64,000 nt of DNA from Perkinsus chesapeaki ATCC PRA-425 (lineage: Eukaryota > Protista > Perkinsozoa): assembly GCA_013115145.1 (NCBI GenBank), contig JAAPAO010000021.1:62001-126000 (forward strand), given 5' to 3'. The notes below the pieces were generated by a model that saw only the letters and a list, made by a program, of their open reading frames with translations, was not told the DNA's origin and searched no databases. The position numbers and the translations under genes were made by a program. Every line of letters starts with the position of its first letter. Within the stretch, counting starts at the first letter, position 1. Shown here piece after piece: positions 24,241 through 35,301 of this stretch.

Positions 24241-26310
24241 GATGCTCAGGACTCGGCAAGTGCCGCGGAAAGCCCGGGATTCGTCCTCTCTCGGCAGGGC
24301 TCATTTTACGTCATCGCCCGACTTATCGAGACCAACAGAAGCAGCAAGATTGCATACCATTTTCTAGTTTTCGTGTTGAGGGTAAGTTACTTTTTACTTG
24401 GTGAAGCGGCAGCTGATACGTTTCAGATGCTCCTCGCTGTAATGTGCGGTGTTCTGGCCTATGCCCAGTTCGTCCTACCCAGCTCTCCATCTGAACGTGA
24501 ACTTTTCCACACCAACAAAGACGTATTGAATGTATCTTACCACATCACCATCAGCGTCACTGCTTGGGCCGTATGTAGAGCTTCTATTTTCGTAATCGTC
24601 GGAGTTATCTCCATAGTCGACGCTTGCGTGACGATCGTCAAGATCAGTCGAGGGACCTTTGAATTCGCCCAACTGAGGGGAACCATTCCGAAATTGCCCA
24701 AGAATGGTAACGGGAACTTACATAGCGGTTTCCGGTTGGGGACAGTATTGCACAATCCAGAGAAGACTAGAGACAGCATTCCGGATGAGAACCTCCGTGA
24801 TGTTATTGCTGAACCGTCGGTCGAGCGCCGAGAGGGAGCGACTTGTTGCTCGAGGATTGTCGCGGAGGTTAGAAAACGCACTTGCGAATTGGTGGCACTA
24901 TACAACCGAACGAAGATTATTGGAGATAAATTCTGGTATTATTACTTCCTTATGCAACTAGTGGAACTTGTTCTTCAATTGATCCGTCTAGCGGAGTACG
25001 GAGGTCATTCCTTCATTAGACCGGTGCAGCCTATCCAGACGAGAGAAGTGATCGAGGCTCAGGCAATCATCATGGCTTTTGACCTACTTCTATCTCCTTT
25101 CGTGGCGTACATCGCCAATAGGGCTATGGCTATGATACTGCAGTTGTTCTTACAGTTCAGCTACGTTATGGGCTATATGCTCATCACAGAGGACCTGTCT
25201 ACTCCCCGCAGCTGGCACACCATTCGCTTCGAGACCGTTTTCGCCTTTGCGGCTACCGCATTGCCATGTATTCTAGCAATAAGACATTTGGTGTGGATTG
25301 AGCGGTACCTCATTCTGGCAGCTAGTAGCCCTAAAGACCCCTCCCTCTGCCACAAGAGACGCTTGCCTCATGTCGTTCTCTCATCCATAGCCCTTCTCAG
25401 TGGTGCGTCAGCATTGACTGTTGTAATCTACACTTTCTATCGTCAGCACGCATTCGAATGCTCACGCCAGATTCCCCATTTCGATAGGGAATGTTTGTCT
25501 CCACGGTTCTCGCTGTTTGGTGACCCGGCATGCGACTGCGCTGTACTGCGTATACGTCTACATGATGAATGCTATCAGTCTGATCTCGAAAGGCTTAAAC
25601 AGTACGAGCGAGTGGAGCACCTTAGGGTGGTTAGATACAATGTGGGATCTGCCCAGTGCAGCTCAGATGAGTCCATAGAGCTGCAAAGTATCGTTACGAA
25701 ACTTGTATTACTGCGTCACCTATTCTTGGACGGAGTAGCATTAACTAACTGGTCGATTGGGAAGCTTGAAAAGTTGGAAGTCCTCAGCCTCTTTGCGAAT
25801 CCTTTAACGACAGCGGCAGCACATCTAGAGAACTATGATCGACTTACTAGCATCAATCTCGTTGCCACAGAGGCAACGATCTTCCCGAGCGTCGAATCGA
25901 TGAAGTCAGAGCTTGAGACTGTTACTCTTGCCGGGACGCCGGCATGCGTGGCAGAGAATGCCTCTTTGAGCAGCGCCTCCCTCACATTGGACTGTGAGTT
26001 CCCAAATGCCGAAGTTGAGACCTGCGATCCTATGAGTCGCCGATGGGCTATCATGGGTATGGCTTGCCATAGATGGCTGTGGGAGAGAAGCTCGAAGTGT
26101 ACGAACCGCTGCTTGGAAGCTGCCACCAATATTACCAATCTTGATGATGCGTTTCGGGTAATTGGTGAAACTAACTCCTTCATTAACGCGTTGGAAGAGA
26201 GTTGTATCGAAGGAGCATGTACAGCATTACAAGGTGACAGTCGAGCTGTTATGGGCATGGTAAGACACGTTAGTGCTGCGTTACGGCTTCAACTATTGAT
26301 CACTCACTAA
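24241..26310 (+). CDS. Multi-pass (about 7 TM) membrane protein with Cys-capped C-terminal leucine-rich repeats; 5' end uncertain
   Basis: About seven hydrophobic helices, then CSRQ..CLSP..CDCA and LRRs (LRHLFLDGVAL, LEKLEVLSLFANPL, LTSINLVAT, LETVTLAGTPAC). Probable intron 24382-24427; further 5' exons possible from 24004. Confidence 0.75.
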   Translation, partial: DAQDSASAAESPGFVLSRQGSFYVIARLIETNRSSKIAYHFLVFVLRVSYFLLGEAAADTFQMLLAVMCGVLAYAQFVLPSSPSERELFHTNKDVLNVSYHITISVTAWAVCRASIFVIVGVISIVDACVTIVKISRGTFEFAQLRGTIPKLPKNGNGNLHSGFRLGTVLHNPEKTRDSIPDENLRDVIAEPSVERREGATCCSRIVAEVRKRTCELVALYNRTKIIGDKFWYYYFLMQLVELVLQLIRLAEYGGHSFIRPVQPIQTREVIEAQAIIMAFDLLLSPFVAYIANRAMAMILQLFLQFSYVMGYMLITEDLSTPRSWHTIRFETVFAFAATALPCILAIRHLVWIERYLILAASSPKDPSLCHKRRLPHVVLSSIALLSGASALTVVIYTFYRQHAFECSRQIPHFDRECLSPRFSLFGDPACDCAVLRIRLHDECYQSDLERLKQYERVEHLRVVRYNVGSAQCSSDESIELQSIVTKLVLLRHLFLDGVALTNWSIGKLEKLEVLSLFANPLTTAAAHLENYDRLTSINLVATEATIFPSVESMKSELETVTLAGTPACVAENASLSSASLTLDCEFPNAEVETCDPMSRRWAIMGMACHRWLWERSSKCTNRCLEAATNITNLDDAFRVIGETNSFINALEESCIEGACTALQGDSRAVMGMVRHVSAALRLQLLITH

Positions 26311-26316
26311 GTATAG

Positions 26317-26388
26317 GCCACTTTAGCTTAGTGGTAGAGCGTCTGCTTCGTAAGCAGAAGGTCGTCAGTTCAATCCTGGCAAGTGGCT
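26317..26388 (+). tRNA. tRNA-Thr (anticodon CGT)
   Basis: Acceptor stem GCCACTT/AAGTGGC, D arm with TAGTGGTA, anticodon arm TCTGC-TTCGTAA-GCAGA, T arm GTCAG-TTCAATC-CTGGC. Confidence 0.95.
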
Positions 26389-26616
26389 TATATTATGTTC
26401 ATGTCAGGTTGTCACATTGGGGGAATCCTCCTGCACGAAGTGCTTCTAGCATATACCATTACCGTTTGTTTTACCATTCCCACGTCTTGTCGTGCTTACA
26501 CTGTTCCCTATAGACTCGAGTTTATCCAATGGTTCACTATCCACCTACGAGCCTCTCCTGCGAGGAGATATGAATCCTACCCGTGTCGAAAACAAGCTTG
26601 ATCAGTTGTTGAATAA

Positions 26617-29402
26617 ATGCTGTACAGTCCCGAGCAGTTGAAAGAGAGTATACGGAAATCCAATGTGAAAATCGGTGGCAACGAGGAGCCAACGTGAGGA
26701 CTCGGTCTACCTAGTCTTGCATTTAATCGGCAACAGATACGTGACAGTAGCCGCGGAATCCTACATACCACATGAAATCCACCCGGCAGACTTCAGTGTA
26801 CACAAACAGAATGCTGCGTGAGAGTTCACGAAGACTCAGCGAACATGTGCAATGATGTGCTCTCAGCGTCCTTCGAAGGTCGAATATCCATATGGCGCAG
26901 AACCCCAAGTTCGATCCATATTTACGAGACCGCCAAACCAGCACTAGCAAGGCTTCATACACGATGGGAGCCATCACGATACCGAGGCCCGGAGACGTGA
27001 AGTAAGATAGCGTATTGTATATACGAGAAGTAAAAACATCATTAAGCTTCGGTAAAGGGCCTTCGGGGAGGAACGCAGACGAGCAGAAGAAAGACCTAGA
27101 GAGCACACATTTTGCCTTTGGCTACCATCCGCCAACGTAAGAGTATCCTGGAACTCTCATAGCTGAGGGTGCTACTTTCTTTAGACCTAGAATGTACCAA
27201 TCTGTTACCAAGGGAGATCAAGAAGCAACGTCAAAGGCATTGTTGGGTGATAAGACCAGTAAGACGTTCATTAGCGTCACTTAGCCTCCGCCTTCACAGG
27301 TGTAGGTGGAGGAACCAAAGAAGGACGCGAGAACTTAGCGAAGCAGCTTCGTGCACAGTCCATATGCTTTGGCTCGGACGCTCCCACGTGATGCTCCATA
27401 GGGTGGTGTTCTCGTCATCACATTATCGCGGTATCTAGGTATAAATCAACATCAGCCGCTGCTCTGGTGGACCACACAGCAGGAGGTGCCAAGACCGGCT
27501 CTGACCCTCGGGCGGCAAGGTGAGATTTTGACGTACAGTAATTCGCCCAAGCTGCATGGCTTCGAATGTTCCTCAGACAATGTGCCGCGAAGCTTCGTGT
27601 TAGCAACTTCCGTATCGGAGGATACTCCAACCGTGCTCCTGAGTATATCACAACAACCGGCACAGCTCATAACGCAGAAGTATCCTAGGGCTGTCTGGAA
27701 GGGCTTTCATAAGTCATTTCAGATACATCGGATAAATGCTATGCAACGGAGCAAGGGGCTCTCATCAGATGAGGCTGATGTGAAACGTCGGAACTATAAG
27801 GCGAGCTTCCATCTCGGAAGCGATCGACCGATGTAAGTTCTAAGAGCGGTCGGCAGGGTTGCACACTGATTTCACGCGAAGGTGAAAGATGAGTTCATGT
27901 TCAACAGGTACACTTCAGAAACAGTAGATCGGTACTCCGCCAACTATGAGGCGTTCTTAGAAGCTTGCAAGCACCCACAGGGCGTCAGCCAGGCAGAGAA
28001 GGATGACCTCCGACGACAACATTTTGTACAGAGAAACGTTTGCCCAATCGTACCGTTCTGCATAGGTGTTTGGCATGAGCACGTGTGATGATGATGCTCG
28101 TAAAGATAGGATGGAGAGCATATCGGCCAGCGCGTAAGGCGATTGGCATGCTATTGGTCACAGTCTAGTACATAGATACAAAGACCACTCGAATGCAATG
28201 GTTGCTGACAATACCAGAGAGGAGATGCTCAAAGTGAGCAGCAGACCGTCGTTTGATTGGAGGCTATCACTATCAGTACAACACGACATGCTTTCAGTTA
28301 AAGGCAGACCTGAGAAAGCCTCACTTCTCCTTCGCCAGTCTATCTCAGAGCTCGGCTGGCGTGGGAATCCCCGTCAGTGTAGCAAAAGCAACGTGAGTCA
28401 GAGGAGGCAGTTCGCCTCCTAGGGAGTGACTGGTGACTTGTGCGCACAGATATACCCTACCGCCAGTCTCCGCTTATCTTGAGGGAGCTGACTCCAACAT
28501 TAGACAGGAACGGAAGATTGACTTGGAGTCAGCGTAGGTCACTATTCGGCCTGTGATCTCTGGTCTACCATTTTTCGATGCAGTTGAAACAGCCAAGAGG
28601 CTGCAGCATATCAAACTTGTTCAGGCATTTCGTGTTTGGCGTTGGTAAAGAGGAGGAGCTGCGCGATTTGCGGTCAACATCAGTGGCCAAAAACTCCTAT
28701 AAGAGCATACCTGCTCAGGCGTAAGGTCTACCTTGTTCCCCTTGCTTTGTTATATTCATCATAGCCTACTTCAGTTACCGAGATCGTGGATTAGATCCTC
28801 GTCTTAAAGCTGATCTTCGTTCCCACCATTTCGAGCTTGGAGTCGCTGGTGGAGGGCTGGCATCGAGAGGTTTGCCAGTGACGACATCGCAGGATGCATA
28901 TAAGTAATTACACAACTTGAGAGGATCCCTGCTGGTTCGCCGTACAACAAGAACGGGGCCTTTCACCTATAATTTCCTGAGGATTCTACTTAGTCGATTT
29001 CAGAAGCCATCCAGAGGGCAAACCCGCGAGCATGCCAGAAGAAGTCCGGAAGGATCTGCGACAGTCCCACTTTAATATCGGCAGAGGGGCTTCCAACCCA
29101 GACCAATGGATAACAACTCAGGTAGGCTTCTTCTCGTTCATTGCATTATCCCCACCGCGCTCCTCAGGCTAGGGCTATGGTAGCCCATCCCACTCAATCG
29201 AGCGAGCTCGACAAGAGCCTTAAGGCGGACTTGAGAGCTGCACATTTCACCATTGGAGCGCCGGGCAAATTCGACCAAGTCAGGCTCTAGGAAAAAGCTG
29301 GAGGCGGGTCAGTTTTGCATTCAGGCTCGGACGATATCCCAGACCGACTACATATGGCCTGACTTGGCTCTCGGCACTGCATCAGCAGTTAAAGGAATAT
29401 AA
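26617..29402 (+). CDS. Intron-rich repeat protein with DLRxxHFx(L/I)G motifs; candidate axonemal microtubule-inner protein (SAXO5/TEX45-like)
   Basis: Exons encode KDLESTHFAFG, DDLRRQHF, ADLRSHHFELG..TTSQDAY, KDLRQSHFNIG..WITT, ADLRAAHFTIG; last exon ARTISQTDYIW..KGI*. Confidence 0.65.
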
Positions 29403-29521
29403 TGTGAGGCGCCGCTCTCTCCATGAGAAGCATGCTGATGTTATTCAACCCTCGTGCTTTGAGTTATACTATCCAGCAACTTATTACCCCTACAGGATGG
29501 CCTCATTACTGTCGACGAACA

Positions 29522-32241
29522 ATGTCCCACACCGCTGATTCACCAGCCGCTAACGGGGCCACATTCCTCACAGATGTCCCGGAGAGCTCTCATCATTTGC
29601 ACAAGGCGACCACTAGTGGGGCACTGTCCGTGTTAGCTCTAAATAACACTCCCCCGTGCTCCCTGGACGGGCACGACATGAAGTTCCTGGAGAAGGTCCA
29701 CTACGCCCCTCCCCTTGCTGACTACTACGAGTCGTTTCCGATGAAACCAGGCGTAGACTACTTCGGGTCCCTGGTGCGGTTTAGGGAAGTCGAGCGAATG
29801 CAGATGATGCTGGGCAACCTTCGAGTACGGTGGCCTAGGACTTGGTGCTTCTGTGGGCTCGACACATACATCTTCAGCAACTCCGACAAGAAGGGGATAA
29901 CAGTCGAGTAAGGTTCCACAGTAGCAAGCCCTGTGTCTTTCAACGGCGTTCTGTCAGGTACGACTTTGTACGGGAAAGAGAAGCCCAAAGGCTCTCCAAG
30001 CTCGGGGGGCACTCTGAAAAGGACGTCCCGGTGGTGGTGTACAAGCAACGTGCTTACGGCCCTAATAAGCACCTTCACCGGACTACGACAACTGCACTGA
30101 ATGTGCCCAACGCGCTTGTGAGGCTGCAGCAGGCCGGCGGTGGCCATACGACTCAAGTTCTCCAGCGATTCATTAAGGGGCCCGGTGAGCATGCGTGCAT
30201 CACAAGAGTGTGCTATAGGACGAAGCATCCGAGGAAGCCCGTGGGGTACTCTATCGCCAACGGCTACAGCCCATCAGACCTGGAAGACCTCAGGAATGAG
30301 CGTCATGATTTGACACAGCAGTACTGTGCCTCCACCGAGACCTCGGTGCCCGGTGGGCTAGTGGTCTTCAAGAGATCTAGCGGGAGGGCATTAGAGGAAG
30401 CTGCTGACATCGCCGAGCGGATGCTGATATTTTCCGAGAATTATTTTTTGCTCAAACTGGATTGGATCGTTGTAGATGTTTTATCCGACAGGAAAGGGAG
30501 GCTGTGGTGTCTGCAAGTGAGCTTCCTCCTCTTCCCATCACTGGGGAGTCTTTCGCAGGTAAAATCCTTCAGAGTGTCCACGATCTGCCGGCCGCCCAGA
30601 CGGAGCTTGTCTCGCCCCAAGCCAGTTGCTGAGGGAAGTCCGAGTAGCAAGCTACAGCTTGCACTGATGAGGCAAGGCACCGAAAGCGCCATGGCCGAGG
30701 GGTCCACCGCTACTGCAGCCGAGTTGGAAGAGAGCAGAGCCAAGGCCTTTGGTGCAAGCGTGAAGTACAAGCGGACGTGCTCTTTATGCCGATGTACGAT
30801 GACTAGCGAGCAACACCGTGCCATGACGGGGAGGATGCTCTTATGGGTGTGGCACTCGCTCCGGGCTCGAGAGGTCCACGTCTTCCCACCCCTCCAGAGC
30901 AGCCTTCTGGCATCGACAAGTCACGTTGCTAACCGTAACAAAGTGTGCCAACTGTGTTGGTCGGTGTTTCTAGCAGAGAAGGAGCTTTGGCGGACGCACA
31001 GAGCAATAGCGAATATAGTCACTGGCCACAGGCCACCGAGCAAAGAGAAGGATGACTTTGACTTCACCGGCATTCTAGAGAACCTTCCCTTTGTTGAGAA
31101 TATTAGGACTCATCGAAAGGGTTCATCTCAGCAGCCCAAACGGAACACACCATGCTCGCAGGGGCAGCTACTTGCTATCGCGGACGCGACGCCGACCGCA
31201 CCAATAGGCGACCGGGGTCCTGCCGGAGGCGCTGTTCGAGCCATCCAAGCAACCGAGGAGGGTTTACAGTCCCCACGCCCGGAATACATGCACCAATGGC
31301 GATTGATGATCCTATTGTGGTCTGTGGAGGGACTGCCGCACTCGACCGCATCCAATGGATCAATCCAATACCAAGTGCTCGGTATGCAAAGAAAGTTTGC
31401 TCTACCAGACAGAAACCGCCGCAACGCTGCCATTGGAAAAATCGGCGTTCACTATGTTTTCTCCGAAACACCTCGGCCGTGCCTCTCAAACGGCTACATA
31501 GAGTTCCGGCTGCTGGGAGTAGGCTCCGGATATCGAGGGCGCTATTCGATAGATAGCATAGCGGGGCTTGGCAAGCACACTGTCCATGTGCTGATGTCTG
31601 CGAAGGATGGTGGAAGGCCAACTATGTTAAAGGTCACGCTTGGAATGGTTCGAGATGGTACACTGTGTCGGGACTACTGCGACATACAGAAAGCGCTCGA
31701 TGGGGTTTACATAGTAAATCCGAAGACGATGTACAGCAGTCACCATCCTTTACCGACCGAATGGATAGAAACCTTCCAAGAATGCCGAAAGACATGTGGA
31801 CTGGAAGGCACCACAACAAACACAACAAGCTCGGCCACTGAGAGTCAGAGTGAGGCAGAAGTCTCTAGTAGTTCGGTTCCCGTCACGTCAAAGGAGCCTG
31901 AACCAAATGCTCCCAATTCGCGGCCGACGACAGCTGGCCATAGCACACGGCCCCCTTCGGCTGCCCAGCTCCTCGAGAAGGACAGAAAAACTGTTGCCAG
32001 TGTCTTGCCACGTGGTCGGGTGCTGTCCAGGCAATCAGACTCTCTGGGATTCCTGGCGAGGCCTAGTAGTGCATATCCGAGACTTGCCCATTCCTCTACA
32101 GAAAGGCGTGTGACGCTAGAAGCACCAAAGCTGAATGAAGCGGAGGCAGCACGAGTCAGCGAACACTTGGAGAAGCTTAGACAGAAAATAGGTGGTCGCA
32201 CTGCACTAGGGGTGAGGTCAATCCAAGTAAACACTTTTTAA
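29522..32241 (+). CDS. Large protein with ATP-grasp/TTL-like segment and CxxC...CxxC motif
   Basis: MSHTADSP exon spliced into the 799-aa ORF. VVVYKQR, VLQRFIK and VVDVLSDRKGRLWCLQ/VK (42-nt in-frame intron) resemble ATP-grasp motifs; also CSLC...CQLC. Confidence 0.6.
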
Positions 32242-32982
32242 CGATCATTCTCAGGAACCACTCCAGAAGGCTCCGGCGGACAGGACCATCAGGGAAAGCC
32301 GGTCCAATTTGCGCAGCAGGGAAGATAGTTCATTGTATAGTGCCGCGCAAGGCAGCGTTCCAGCGGTTTCACATGTATGGCCTAGGATACTGCTCTGCAT
32401 TGCGCTATCCCCTCTCAGATTTTCCGCCTGGTACCCACCAACGGTTCGTTGAGTATGCCGAGGATACCCATAGCGGTGTGGGAGCAGCGTCCAAGCGCTG
32501 AACAGCAGGCCCAAAACGTACGCGTGTGGCATTGCCCTCGCTCAAGGTTGGTCACCTCAGGCACATGATGGTTCACAGCAACGCAGCTTCGATCAAGTTT
32601 ATAGCTCCCCAAATAGGCCGCACAGACGGCCGGCGTCGGCTTTTGATATTAACCGGCGACAGATCCGCTAAGTCACTGCCTTCACGTGCCTCATGCGTAC
32701 GATAATGCTGCTTCCACAATGGTGTACAATTCACACGAAAGCAAGACCGTTTTTTGTCGAGTTACGAGTGGAGTGAAGAGCATTCAACCGTTACCGTGCT
32801 CGGCAAAAGCCTCCCAAGGGATGCATGATATAATTATCCTTGGCAAGGTTATTTACCAATCGTTTGTGCATTATTGGGCTTCGTTGCATTAATATTTCTA
32901 TTACCATGGCATTCACATTTTCATTATACGTATGTAGTAACGGTCGATAATACTGGATAACACAATACGATGTATGAGAAAC

Positions 32983-34866
32983 TTAGTCCTCTTCGTCGAG
33001 TTCTTGTAAAGTCTTCCCTATGTCGCTTCCCTGTGGCATGTCGGGCCATCCCAGCCTTGAAGGCATTGGGGATTGGGCTTGGCCTTCTATCAATGCTATC
33101 GAGGTGATGCCCATCGCTCGTGCCTTCGGGGCTCGATACTCTCGAAGAGGTCTATCCAAGCCACCCTAAGTCGACAACTCAAGCATCAACCTGCAAACCG
33201 CACCTTTACCCTCATTTGCTGCTGACCCGAATTGCTCAAATCCCAAAGCCGCACAACTCCGTCACTGCAAGCCGTGTAAAACGACCGCCTGTCGGCACCA
33301 AAAGCGCAGTCCCATACCCACCGTGGATGCCCATTAAAGCCGCATTGCCGCGCAAAACCGTCACTAGAAAGATCCGATGATCTTTAAACTAACACAGAAG
33401 TCCAACCTATGAGCTTGCCAGATTTGAGCTGTCCCATCGCTGCTGCACGTTGCCAAAAGCTTTGCTGGGCCCGGGGCGAACCGAACCTAACAGGGGGAAG
33501 TCACCTCGAAACCTGGTACGAAAATACCACAGTACTTTCAGTATGTACGCATCGTGCGCATCCAACACATTCAACGGCACCCAACTGCTAGACTCAACAT
33601 CGTCTTCGAAAGATTCCCCAAACTCAGACAGCCGATCCTGAACCAACGCCGCAAGCGTAAAGCAAATCCAGCGCCGTTAAAGGGATGACTTACGATAGTG
33701 GGCGTATCTTGGGGGCTAATCGACCCAGATTCCCCGCCAGCCGTACCCTCTGATGCGCTGCTCGTGGCCGGCGGTGTCGCTAACATTTATCGATTCCATC
33801 GGCGTTACCAGACGAGATACTCACCAGAATCAAGCCCTTTGAAACTCGCCAACGACTGCAATTCGGGAGTACGTGGTGGAGTGGCACTGCACTGCTCGCC
33901 GGATACTCGCCAAGGAAAACAGAAACCTTTGTGATTGGCGGCCACAACAGTGACATCGTCGTTGGAAGGGTCTGCGTATCTGCCTTCCCACATCCCCTCG
34001 GCCATGAAGGATTTGTTTTTACGTTGGGGCCACAGCAATGGACTTAATTGGGGAACCTCCGGAATCCGGAACCTCCGTCCACACCTACACGCACAAGCAC
34101 ACTATTATCTCACCAAGCCTCCAAGGTGTCTACCTGGTTGGCTGTCAGGTCCCATACGACAACCTGGCCACTGGCGTCACCACAAATGACTTCAGCTTGA
34201 TTAGGATGTAGCACCGCACAGTGGATCGCCCCACCGCCGCCGCCCTCCGCTTGTTGGTTTTTGAAACACCTGCGGTACTTCAGCCGTCCGAGCTTGGAGG
34301 CATGGCCGTACATTTGGAAGCTTTTCTCGTCCTCAGTTGGAGCTCGCCTATCCCAAATCTTGGCCGTGCCGTCCTCAGATGACGTAACAAACCACCTATC
34401 GTACCAGAGCTGCCCGCTGTCGCTGCCACAGCCTACTTGGCGTCCTCCTCAAAGCTCACACTCGTAACATTATCCCTATGTCCTCCCTCATAGCTCGTGT
34501 ACGGTGCTGATGTATACTCGCAGTCGAAGATGCGAACCCACGGGTTGCCGGCTGCCGCAACGAAGCGGCTATCAGGAGTGAGCTCGAGGCAGTTGACATG
34601 TCCGTCGATAACATTGCCGTACTGAGCAGCACCTGGTCACCAAACCGACCTGCGTGATCACCATTTTCACGGCTGTCCCTACCCATAGGCAAGCCGACAC
34701 CTTCAACCCCAGGGATCCTCGAGCCTGGTCCACCTATCGTCTTTATCATCTCTCCACTGAGAACATCGTAGAGCTTAATATCTTCACTGTAGCCCGCAGT
34801 AAGTAGCACTGATCCTCCTCCCCCTGACCCACTATAGCTGATGCCACCGACACCTATACTAGACAT
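32983..34866 (-). CDS. LST8: TOR complex subunit LST8 (WD40)
   Basis: VLLTAGYSEDIKLYD, SSEDGTAKIWDRR, IHCAVLHPNQAEVICGDASG, AHDAYILK/VRFAP..LLATCSSDGTAQIW, GHPRWVWDCAF all match LST8. Confidence 0.9.
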
Positions 34867-35273
34867 TTCTGGGGAACATCACCAAACTGGTACAGCAGGA
34901 GGAGCTCAGGATCCTCAGACCCACACGACGTACTCGGTTCCTGCCGGATAGATCGAGATTTAACGTTGTAAGGCGGAGGTTTCTTGGACAGCGACTTTGT
35001 TTTATCATCGGGCTCTACTATTGGAGGATTTGGGAAGCTGATGGCTGGAACCAAATCGATGTTTATCGTTATTTACGCACTACGAACTCAAGCACGTAGG
35101 ACATGGTGGATGTCCAAAATGGTAACCATTATTGGTAGTAGTAGAACGTGGTAAAGGGGTGATAAGAAACAACATACGTTACAGAGGAGTGGCCAGACTA
35201 GTGTGTTAGATACATTAAACGTTAGGCCATCCAACCCAATGCTACCTGGGTTACCTGGGATCAAATCGGTCAT
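34854..35273 (-). CDS. Possible small two-exon hydrophobic ORF between SDA1 and LST8
   Basis: ORFs 35088-35273 (hydrophobic LVWPLLCNVCCFLSPLYHVLLLPIMVTIL) and 34854-35054 lie co-directionally; the stop overlaps the LST8 start. Confidence 0.25.
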
Positions 35274-35301
35274 GACATCATCAGCCTAAAGTGCCGTCGA
35301 C

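Noticed and set aside
24200-24300. GC-rich stretch considered as a second tRNA
   Set aside because: No cloverleaf; it reads in frame with the downstream 7TM-LRR exon.
26723-27106. 127-aa minus-strand ORF
   Set aside because: Antisense shadow of the HFxLG-repeat gene exons.
32251-32620. Small hydrophobic minus-strand ORFs with faint ERG28-like AWTLL
   Set aside because: Could not build a consistent spliced model or extend the similarity.
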